NCBI GenBank assembly: GCA_051294905.1
Contig: CM119377.1
Coordinates: forward strand, 11,222,001-11,286,000
Length of the DNA: 64,000 nt
Direction of reading: 5' to 3'
DNA from: Botryllus schlosseri
Lineage: Eukaryota
In this document: positions 30,101 through 38,371 of the stretch, in pieces
Layout: every line of letters begins with the position of its first letter
Position numbering within the stretch: position 1 is the first letter of the stretch
The notes under the pieces: generated by a model
The model's database searches: none
What the model saw: only the letters and a program-made list of their open reading frames with translations
Told to the model about the DNA's origin: nothing
Program-made: the position numbers and the translations under genes

Positions 30101-30640
30101 CATTGAAGCATAGCCGATTAGCCAATCAAGAGCCGTGGTTATTTGATTACTAGTCTTCTCGCCGTTCTATGGTCAGTGGCACGCCCATTCTTGAGCAGCT
30201 ACTTTCAAACGCTTTGACCGAAATCTTAACGGCTTTCCTGTAAGCTTCTTTCAGGCTAATTGTTGTTTTTTATCAATAATCTATAGAATGAGACACAATC
30301 ACGAAGACTTTTTGAGATTTTCCAAATTTTGGACAACCCTAATGAGCATGTGATCTTCAGTCAAACCGTGACAATAGCAATTTACGACTCGCTCCTGCTC
30401 TAGGCATATGCAAGACATTCCTTCATTGCTTTTATAGCGATGATGGCTGCCAGTAAATCTGCAATGTCCTGAAAACCGAAGCTGAACTCAATTGCTGTCA
30501 AAAGCATTAGGTCTTTCTATGAACTCTCTTATCACATTCTTGTCAATACTGCAGGCATACGATCACCATACAGGGAAATGCTCCGGATGTTGCTCGTGTG
30601 CGAAAGCAATTCCAAGAAGTGTTGGATAAGCGAACAGACG
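151..30640 (+). CDS. PARP14-like: PARP14-like multi-exon gene segment (KH-like repeats + one Macro domain + post-Macro KH region); 5' end outside window
   Basis: Exons with AG/GT borders and matching phases: 151-255, 1244-1348, 2520-2690, 5035-5155, 5711-5898, 7075-7305, 8467-8625, 9596-9841, 11756-11923, 12590-12835, 13197-13380, 15096-15274, 16114-16216, 17243-17476, 20486-20711, 26968-27082, 27291-27442, 30555-30640 (3019 nt, spliced frame open). Macro motifs EVVDGDITTQDVDVIVNTTN and SIAFPAIGTG. The post-Macro region (ARVMIAAGNEKRLSK-AVSEFDNLI...TITIQGNAPDVARVRKQF) parallels the vertebrate PARP14 layout. Confidence 0.8.
775..924 (-). mobile_element. tRNA-derived SINE (5' head)
   Basis: Minus strand has A-box AGCGTAATGG and B-box GGTTCGATTCC (plus 868-878), followed by a non-tRNA body; no CCA or acceptor stem. 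Confidence 0.7.
3166..3770 (-). mobile_element. Charlie/Buster hAT deletion derivative with transposase remnants
   Basis: TIR caggggttcccaacc at 3166; minus strand encodes LLPFPSTYHWECAFSTMLLLKTKQRSVLD (C-terminus) and NRRQCDEGFIRLGFT (N-terminal BED region), typical of SCAND3/ZBED8-type transposases. Confidence 0.75.
3897..4680. mobile_element. pogo/Tigger-like (TcMar) non-autonomous element, uninterrupted copy
   Basis: TA-flanked TIRs tactgtaattttccatgtataatg / gcgcactatattcggaaagttacggta; colinear with the interrupted copy at 32057-48616. Confidence 0.8.
7075..7305 (+). CDS. PARP14-like KH-type repeat exon (DTEHRKQWTESIRSKLNNFFNGFKSCKIHFHP...)
   Basis: tttag/GAC...AAG/gtatat, 231 nt, phase 0-0; W..x..F..F motif shared with exons 9596 and 12590. 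Confidence 0.75.
8201..8347 (+). pseudogene. Exon-like segment of the PARP14-like gene with a frameshift in an A-run
   Basis: ttccag/GAG acceptor reads EATEAVFVVLNSIV, then TGA in frame; removing one A at 8242-8247 gives KTERDDHLNFGFETLSGCFKHAEREWNETVLNRI. Confidence 0.4.
9596..9841 (+). CDS. PARP14-like KH-type repeat exon (IESSEEWNNECELIFNKIMNGLTSERIPV...)
   Basis: aatag/ATC...ATC/gtgagt, 246 nt, phase 0-0; contains ORF 9650-9865. Confidence 0.8.
12590..12835 (+). CDS. PARP14-like KH-type repeat exon (HNSVSDWESNCRKKIKEFLEQFKSTRMNV...)
   Basis: ctatag/CAC...CAA/gttact, 246 nt, phase 0-0; contains ORF 12668-12937. Confidence 0.75.
13430..14558. mobile_element. Kolobok-like non-autonomous element with long imperfect TIRs
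   Basis: aggggcactgcgctctaaaaatgatg ... catcatctttagagcgctgtgcccct, arms pair over about 400 bp; flanks TTGA/TTAG (degenerate TTAA); same family at 60043 and 63159. Confidence 0.7.
16114..16216 (+). CDS. Macro domain exon 1 (KSRKSISIEVVDGDITTQDVDVIVNTTNKQFSLDG)
   Basis: Canonical Macro GDIT..D.IVN motif; ttcag acceptor, gtaaga donor. Confidence 0.9.
16661..16818. mobile_element. Small palindromic MITE
   Basis: tagtatattgatattgaaatgaacctgaatattttcggct / agccgaaaatattcgggttcatttcaatatgaatatacta; related fragment near 59215-59260. Confidence 0.7.
17243..17476 (+). CDS. Macro domain exon 2 (GPYSRYILGQAG...KIFHV...MTSIAFPAIGTG)
   Basis: SIAFPAIGTG hallmark; phase 1-1. Confidence 0.92.
18663..20031. 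mobile_element. Non-autonomous hAT element with GACTT(GA)/GACTCGAGTC subterminal arrays
   Basis: TIR cagtgttggga / tcccaacactg; 8-bp TSD cactaaac on both sides. Confidence 0.9.
20486..20711 (+). CDS. Macro domain exon 3 (SGGWKSEKVAVSMRNAF...LKVIRVIL)
   Basis: Continues the IGTG loop into the C-terminal helix/strand of the Macro fold; phase 1-2. Confidence 0.85.
20981..21819. mobile_element. Charlie/Buster-type hAT MITE
   Basis: TIR caggggtgtcaaac / gtttgacacccctg; TSD cgttagac; same family as 36613-37411 in the opposite orientation. Confidence 0.92.
22628..25156. mobile_element. 2.5-kb palindromic (foldback-like) DNA transposon derivative carrying a transposase C-terminus in both arms
   Basis: Ends tagggtggagtgaaaaatgg / ccatttttcactccacccta; 9-bp TSD ttacaccag; arms of about 1.2 kb are reverse complements; NHPWHNQAVERDVKVVTEA motif (ORF 23205-23438) is mirrored by ORF 24343-24579. 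Confidence 0.9.
25173..25442 (+). mobile_element. Full-length tRNA-derived SINE
   Basis: A-box TAGCGTAGTGG, B-box GGTTCGAGTCC, A/C-rich tail; 13-bp TSD caccaggctatag at 25160-25172 and 25443-25455. Confidence 0.85.
25458..26837. mobile_element. Charlie/Buster-type hAT MITE
   Basis: TIR cagtggtcgggaacc / ggttcccgaccactg; TSD ctatagaa; aaagagccata subterminal motifs; same family as 30712-31157. Confidence 0.92.
28709..30341. mobile_element. 1.6-kb palindromic DNA transposon derivative (transposase N-terminal and C-terminal fragments mirrored)
   Basis: Ends tagggttgttcaaaatttgg / ccaaattttggacaacccta; TSD atgagcat; ORFs 29013-29249(+) and 29810-30037(-) are near-identical mirror copies; VKVLND.AEK motif near the centre. 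Confidence 0.9.
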
Positions 30641-30711
30641 GTAAGGCAGAAAAGACAAATGGTTACTGCATACGTTTGCTGGCCCTGCTGTGATGTCATT
30701 ATCCTCTATAA

Positions 30712-31157
30712 CAGGGGTTGGGAACCTTTTTCGTTAAAGGAGCCGTAATGACCCTATATTTTGAATTGTCATTCCCAAAGAGCCGTACAATAATGTCAAT
30801 CAACTGTTACATGACAATTGAAGATCCCCGGCATCATGGTGGTACGAAATCGAAGTTCACTTCGTGACTCAATTATAGTAACTGATAAATGAGCATTGAG
30901 CAATCATCACCAGGCAATGTCCAACATAAATTTCAGGATTTCGAAAAGGGTATAAATTTGTCACTTAAACCCCGAACATGCCACTGTCCTGGCTTCACAT
31001 AGACTTGTTTGAGCTACCACAATAATAATGATTGTGGCCGAATTCACAAAAAACTTGCAGCAATATTGATTGCTATGATGCGATTTCAGTGCAAAATTGA
31101 AAATTCATCAGAGAGCCATATCATATCATAAAAAGAGCCATATGTTCGCGACCACTG
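30712..31157. mobile_element. Charlie/Buster-type hAT MITE
   Basis: caggggttgggaacc ... ttcgcgaccactg; TSD ctctataa. Confidence 0.88.
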
Positions 31158-31194
31158 CTCTATAAAAATACCATTTCAATTATTGCCTAGGTGC

Positions 31195-31200
31195 GCCCCC

Positions 31201-31231
<31 letters not shown>

Positions 31232-31232
31232 A
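31195..31232. repeat. poly-C run followed by a (CA)n microsatellite
   Basis: Direct reading. Confidence 0.9.
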
Positions 31233-31239
31233 TTTCAAG

Positions 31240-31700
31240 GACTGTACTATAAACAATGGATAAAAGGTCAAATTGGGACTTTAGTATTGGAGATATATCG
31301 TGCTTGAATCACACCCGAGTCAAGGACAACTCATCTAATTACCGATATAATAATCGTATGTGTTATATTCGGGATCAAATCAAGGTTGTTCTAAACACAA
31401 TTGGGTACGGGCTCAACCATCTGGTTTTAGGCTGATATACACATCCCGAATTCACCTCTGCGATTGACAATATCGGAAAGTTAATTGTATTGGGTTTTGT
31501 TTTATGGATCAACGGAGAATTGTTGATCTAGAAGTACGCGCAGTTCATTTTATATGGACTATAATAAACCACTGCATTCATGGAAACATGATGAAAACGT
31601 TGTCAGTATTATTTTCACGCCCAGCGGAACGGAAAATTTCAAGATTTGACAGATTTTATCGAATGTTAATTTGCAATGAAAAGTCTGGCATCTATTGAAC
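31240..31700 (+). pseudogene. Possible degenerate WWE-region exon(s) / premature terminal exon of the PARP14-like gene
   Basis: Phase-1 acceptor at 31240 reads GLYYKQWIKGQIGTLVLEIYRA-stop (31305-31307); a shifted frame gives YWRY, and downstream frames give ENFKI..DRFYRMLICNEKSG, reminiscent of WWE. Confidence 0.3.
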
Positions 31701-31878
31701 TACTGTTCTACTATATAATCCTATCTCCCTAGTACAACGCCATTTTTTGTTCAGCACTCCCTCATACCGCCCCTGAGCCCAGCACTTCCCCTATCTCCCC
31801 CTGAGCGTTCCCGCTCTCTTCAATATCCAAATCGCCCCTCGGGGCGCTGGAGCCAAGGTTAAGAACCATTTCTCTATA

Positions 31879-32056
31879 TACCGTAATTTTCCATGTATAA
31901 TCCGCAAAATTTTCACGATTTTTTGCCCTAAAATCGGGGGGTGCGTATTATACATGGGAACAACGCCTGGAAAAACTCCCTCGATAAAAAAACTTGAAAT
32001 CACACCTTTCTTCGTGTTTGTGTCCAATCGTGCTCACTTTCAGCCATCGTGCCCAG
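31879..32056. mobile_element. Left end of a pogo/Tigger-like MITE (second copy starts immediately after)
   Basis: taccgtaattttccatgtataatccgc repeated at 31879 and 32057. Confidence 0.8.
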
Positions 32057-32633
32057 TACCGTAATTTTCCATGTATAATCCGCAAAATTTTCACGATTTT
32101 TTGCCCTAAAATCGGGGGGTGCATATCAGACATGGGGTAATCGCGATTAGTAATCGTAATCGATTACGACGATTACAGCATTTTCAAGTAATCGTAATCG
32201 CAATCGATTACATTCGAAAAAAATCCAAAGTAATCGTAATCGTAATCGACTACTTCACATATCTAATCGATTTCTTTGTGAAAGTATGATTACTTTTTAT
32301 TCGTACAATGAATATGACATAACCGAACATTCCTGAACAAGGAAGAGATATTATACCAGGTTATTGATAGCGCTAGCGGTTGATTTTCAAACGTCACTGC
32401 TCATTATTACGTCAGAAGTATTAGCTTTGCTCGTCCTTGCGTTATCCACACGTAGTAAATATATATTCGATGTACATTGTTGCGTGATTGTTAGAAATGT
32501 GTAAGCCATCCTGCATATCAGGTTATCAATACACTCCAGACGCCACTACCTCGCAGCAAGATAATAATCACCACTCTGCCTAGTTTCAAATAGTAGGCTA
32601 ACTTATGTATTCATGTTTGGTTATGCTTATAGT

Positions 32634-33989
32634 CAGGCCGTGTTATTTTTGGCATATGCCAAAACTGCCAAAAATAACTTATTTTTGGCATTTTTCGATT
32701 TTTATTTTTGGCAGTTTTGGCATCGTCCTCTAAATAGATGGTTTCAGCCTCGAATTAATCACAAAAACGCTTTATTTGGGCTAGTTTGTCAAAAGACACC
32801 ACAAAATGTGCGGCATCCACGTATAATCAGTGCCAACGAACAATAAGAAGAAAAAACCTAACGATTTCATAGGTTAATAATATCAAACAAAACCACAAAA
32901 TGTGCAGTATCCTCCGGAATCGGTGCCAATGAGCAAAAAAAAAGAAAGAAAATCCTAACAAACACGCTCAACAGCTGATTGTTACAGCTGTTGAATAGAC
33001 TTAAATCGTTTGCACTGTAACAGTGCTTCCAAACTCATGTCAGCTAAGTTTCTCCTAAATCCATTTCTCGCCCAGCGAATCTGGGAAATATCGGCTTCAA
33101 CAGTAGCCGCTGAGGGAAAGAATGTTGCCAGTCATCCACAAGAGGTTTTCAGAGCTTCAAAATCTTTGGAGGGCCGAACCGGCTTCCATGCATCATGAAA
33201 AGAGATCGCTACGCCAGTGCCATCGATCTCATCGCGGAAAGAATTTTCTTCCCGATCCTTTTCCAGGAGTTTCCTGTGTTGTCTCTTAACACATTCTATT
33301 TAGTAGCCCGACTATCATTTCTCCTTCAGTCTACCGATATATTTTCGGAGGACTTTTGTCACTTCAGTTGGCTTTAATATTACCAACTCGCATGGAAGAG
33401 TCCTGGGAAGGTTAGATTGTTTAAGAACATTGACGCAACAAGACTGTCTGGCAAAACGAGACTATGCAGCTCAGAAATAGCCAGACAGTTTATTGCGTCA
33501 CCATGTTCAACTCGATCGCGATGCAAAAATCGTGGTTGATTTTGGGGGTTCCAGTTCCATGAGCAGAATATAATTAATATTTTAATAATCAGTACTGCGG
33601 CAGCTTCTCATTGATACCCGTTTTATCAAATTTAGCGCTCGACAAGCCGGTCAAAAGTGGTCGTAAAATTGCCTTTGGATAAATGGAAAGTATGACGTAA
33701 ACCAAATGCAGTCAACCGTTCAATCTCGCTGTACCCACACCATTTAGGACGCCATGCTTTCACCCCTAATGGGTGGTCTGGACCCACATTAAGAAACCTG
33801 CCTTTCACAAACGCTCTTCTCGCTTGTAAAACGGTCCTGTTAACACAACACCATGAACGAAATGCACTATTTGGCAGGCCGTGTTATTTTTGGCATATGC
33901 CAAAAATTGCTTATTTTTGGCATTTTCAAATTTTTATTTTTGGCAGTTTTGGCATCTGGCTCCTGAAATGCCAAAAGTAACACGGCCTG
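32634..33989. mobile_element. hAT-like deletion derivative with TTTTGGCA subterminal repeats
   Basis: TIR caggccgtgtta / taacacggcctg; TSD cttatagt. Confidence 0.88.
33003..33540 (-). pseudogene. hAT-like transposase C-terminal remnant
   Basis: Minus frame: RQHRKLLEKDREENSFRDEIDG..SFHDAWKPV..FEALKTSCG*LATFFPSAATVEADISQIRWARNGFRRNLADMSLEALLQCKRF, with an in-frame stop. Confidence 0.65.
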
Positions 33990-34417
33990 CTTATAGTTAA
34001 ACGCAGTTTGACCGATGCTGCTTGGCGAGCAGTAGGCCTATCTATGTAGTATACGTATGTATTGTACGTACACTGGACAAAGATTTGAAGTTTTGTACTC
34101 GTCAAATAAAACATTACGATGGTTTAAATCAACAGCTGCGTTAATATATCATAACCGAGCCGTTCTTTGCCGTTTCTCGTAACGGCATAACGGCAGCTTG
34201 CAGTATCAGTATTAAGTGGAAGGTAGAATTTTAAGTTCACTTTATCTTATTCTCATATGACTACTTGAAACGGGCGCCAATCGTAATTTCACTATTCTTC
34301 ACTCGACATTTATACCTGTCGCCATAGTCATCCGCTGATACACCATGTTAGCGTGGGTTGTAGGTACAATCAGGACCAAAACAGCAATTCGTCCCCCACT
34401 CCAAATGTTGGTATTTG

Positions 34418-34941
34418 TAAGGTTGTAACCAAGTTACAATGTTCCGAGTCACAAGTCAATCTCACTTTTATAGTTTTGACTCGAATCAAGTCGATTCATT
34501 TTCAATTCATCCCCGAGTCTAGTCCGAGTCCAAGTCAGCTAGTATAGGGTCCGAGTCATATTTTGTGACTCGAGTACGAGTCCAAAAGTCGTTATGTTCA
34601 CAGATCAGTTTTCTGATCCATCCGGTTCAACCCACTTTTTTCAACTCTGCTCGAGTGACATAGACTGACTCGTATTCATAATATAGTAATTTTCATCCGT
34701 TTTCACAGTTTACGGCCCAATTTCCAAGTATCAGAACTGATAGACGAAATACAAATTATGTGGTAACTTTACTATTCTTCGAAGTTACATGGAACGTCAG
34801 TCTTGGCCGTTCTAGTCTCGAGTCATATGACTTGGTTCCAGTCATGCAAAAATGAATCGAGTACAATTCGAGTCAATACAAAAAATGACTCAAGTCAAGT
34901 CTAGTCACCAAAAAATCGCGACTCGAGTCATTACAACCCTG
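34418..34941. mobile_element. hAT MITE with GAGTC/GACTC subterminal repeats
   Basis: taaggttgtaa / ttacaaccctg; TSD ggtatttg / ggtattgg (1 mismatch). Confidence 0.65.
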
Positions 34942-36612
34942 GGTATTGGGGCCCCATAGGGTGGTCAGTTTTCAAGTTGATGACTGAATTTCGTCAATAA
35001 TATTGGTAATTGCATTATCTTGCTATTCATTCAGATTTACCGGTAGAGCTGGGGGCAAGTAATTCATAATTATAGCATCTGGTATCTTGTTATAATTTCA
35101 TTATTGTATGTTGCTAATTTGTGACCTCCCGCCTTTTATATAATCAAAAGATACTGTAGTCGCCCAGACGTAGCAGACTAAAAGAAAAACTTTCGTAAGA
35201 CGCACACACAAATTGCCATGTCTTCATTCCTCTGTGATTGCTGCGGCTGGCATTTGCATTGTTGGGGCGCAGATTGGAAGGACCGGACTATTCGTCACGC
35301 CCACAGAGCGCAGGTACTGACAATGGACACGTACCCGACGTTTTGGCCAAGGACATTCTTTGGTAGCACAGTTTGTGGAATTGCATGTTGGCCGAAATTG
35401 CATACGTCTTTTTGTGTGTCGTGACGGGGTAATGACCGCCACCGACATGCCTATGCCTGTAAATTATGCATGCTTTTTTTTCTTGAGTGGGAGAGGTATG
35501 CATTTCAAAATCAAGCTACTTAAAGACATCAAATCCCGAAGCTCGAAGAAAATTTTCAAGTTAATTAACTCTCTAGAAAATATGTTGATTTACTCAATAC
35601 TTTTGAGTCCCTTAGAGCTCGCTCCCGGTCCTATTGGGGAGTTTGGGGTGTGGCAGTTACGGACCTGGCAAGAATGCAAATCGTTGGGTGCGACGAATTG
35701 TCCTGCATAGAGGTGGGCAATGGGTGCATTATGAAGTAACAAGCAAATGAAGTATGATTTATAAAGAAAGTTGTTATCTCATTAGACCTTTTCATCGCAA
35801 GCCTTATTTATATTGTCTTCCAATATCTCTTCTGAAATTAGTTCTAAGAAGCAAAACAAATGTAATCGTGAGTAATCGTGATTACTTTTGAAAAGTAATC
35901 GTAATCGTAATCGACTACTTCCTGATTTGGTTGTAATCGTAATCGTAATCGTAATCGCGGGATTCACAAGTAATCGTAATCGCAATCGATTACATTCGAA
36001 AAGTAATCACCCCATGTCTGGTGCATATTATACATGGAAACAACACGCTTGAAAAAAATCTCCCCCGATAAAAAAAACTTGAAATCACACCTCTCTTCAT
36101 GTTTGTTTCCAATCGCTCATCACTTTCAGCCATCGTGCCTAGTAATCCGTATTGTCAGTATAACGCGCTGCCAATTAGCAAAAAGCGTGTTGCCAATTGA
36201 CGAGAGTTGTCTGCACAGCACACAATCTCCTGCTGAGTTGGTTTGCCGTTTGCACGCGAGCGAAATTAGGTCATTCATTGATTGCTTAACCCACGCGCGG
36301 CAATCCTTGCTAATTCATCGACAAGCCATGTGCACAAAATATAATCGCTTGCGTCATCAGTCGCACCTCCAACAGGCGTGGTGTGCACGACATAACCGTT
36401 GGCCTGAGCAATCGCATCTGACCTCGTGCGCAAGATGTCACGTCGCCGGCCTTGAATTCTATCTACTATTGTATAGAGGAAATACCGTTACTTGTATAAT
36501 GATTAGCAATCGCATCTGTAATAGGCCTTGTGCGCAAGACGTCGTGTCGCTGGCCCGAACTATCGCGTCGCCAGTCTCGCAGGCTTTGGCTGCTCTGTAC
36601 TATCGTTTAGAG

Positions 36613-37411
36613 CAGGGGTGTCAAACTCAAATTGCGTGGCGGGCCGGATTCAAGCCTTCAAATCGCTCGCGGGCCGGACCAGTCAACTGATTCGAAAATG
36701 TTACGTCGTGCTCTTGGTTTTCACTTGAATATGTCAAAAGCATTGATAATATAATTGATAATACGCGGAGCATAGGGTCGCAACATCTTTAATCGCAAAC
36801 AATGGAATTGGCAAAAATACCATGATTGTCTTGTTGAATACAGTAGTTTAGAACCACGAAAACAGTGACGACAAGTTGGCATAGTCGATGCTCCCTTTGA
36901 TTTAGCCGTAATCTGGTGTCAGCCCTGCTTATGCGTTGTGAGGAGTACAAGATATTGAAATGCAAACGTGGTCGTTGGAATTCGGGTCATTAGTATTAGA
37001 TTGGTTCGAAAGTGACGCGGCAGTGTGACCTTATGTCAATTGCATATTTGTGCAGCTAATATCTTTTCTATTTAAACGCATATACCGCATTGGCGTTTTC
37101 GCTTCTAAAGATAACTTATTGGACCATATTTGTATGAAATTCTGAACTAAGAGTGCCTTCTTGAAATTGGATGTCAATTTCACCGACTTGTTGCTACTAG
37201 TGGTAACTATAATGGAACCATAGCGCCGTAGTCGGGTGGTTTTAATGGTGCCTAATGTCATGAAAGGATTTCCTGCGCACAATCTCAAAATTTGTTACAA
37301 ATGTGCTGAATATATAGGAAAATTTCTATCTACTCAAAATTGCTTCGTGGGCAGGATGAAATGGTCTGGCGGGCCGGACGCGGCCCGCGAGCCGTATGTT
37401 TGACTCCTCTG
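36613..37411. mobile_element. Charlie/Buster-type hAT MITE
   Basis: caggggtgtcaaac / gtttgactcctctg; TSD gtttagag. Confidence 0.9.
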
Positions 37412-38371
37412 GTTTAGAGACAATGCCGTTGATTGCATAATGATTAGCGATGGTTGTGTCATGATTGTTCGACAGTGACATCGCAAAACAGAACAACATC
37501 GCGTACTATACATGGGTACAGGCAGGCGCGTAGCCAGCCGAAAAATATGGGCGGGGTTTGAAATGAAGAGGGCGGGGTTTCGATTTTTATAGCATCAAGT
37601 CATTAGGGTTAAGTAATGCGTAAATGACGATTATACAATCGCCTCGCGTTGACGAACTTACGCGTATGATAAGCTTGCCAACGTGTCCGGAAGTGCTGTT
37701 AATTAGCGAGTCCCTGATCTCTCGCGAACAATTGAATACGCGAGCTTTCTCTGTCTGTATCGCATAGGTTTCCGGCTATAGGCTAGGTTTTCGGCAATAG
37801 GCGTCCTGTCTGGCGATCCCTTATAGCCGGAAACCTAGCCAATAGCCGAAAACCTATGCGATACAGACAGGTCGCGTACGAAGAAGCGTTCTCTCGTTTT
37901 TCGCGAGCCTGGCCGAAAGCCTACGGGCGCGAATCGAGTTGAAATATTTTTAACTTTATGCGCTATCGGCGCCAACGGCTGGTCGTTCATCGTGTGCTTC
38001 AGTCGTATTTGGCTTGCTGGGCGATGTTATGTTGAGTGTTGTGAATCGCAGGGAGAAGAGATGCTGTGGCAGTGGCGTTGTTGTTTGAAGTAACAGTACT
38101 AATTTACTTCAATTGTAGTGGAGTACAGTGTCAATATTGTTTACCGCACTGTATACCAGTACTTGATGAGAACAATATGAGATGGTCGGCAATCATGGCA
38201 CCAGATATGTTGGTATATTGAATCATTGATAAATATACAGATAGATAGATAAATAGATAGATCGGTAGATATAATATGTTGGGGCTCAGTTCTTGTGATG
38301 GAAGGGGCCCTATTGTTTTACTCATATTTTCTTGTATGCAGTGTCAGGCCTATTTATGCTGTGCATTTGAT

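Larger units (their letters stand above)
32127..36020. mobile_element. hAT element with GTAATC subterminal arrays, containing nested insertions
   Basis: TIR cagacatgggg / ccccatgtctg; TSD gtgcatat. Confidence 0.9.

Noticed and set aside
22628-30341. Palindromes as assembly fold-back artefacts
   Set aside because: Arms differ by substitutions and indels, have asymmetric centres, and are flanked by TSDs.
35782-35985. ORF with RLRLRL/ITITIT repeats
   Set aside because: Translation of the GTAATC subterminal array.
36034-36690. Longest ORF in the track (218 aa)
   Set aside because: Lies in a non-coding MITE, crosses an insertion junction, and shows no domain motif.
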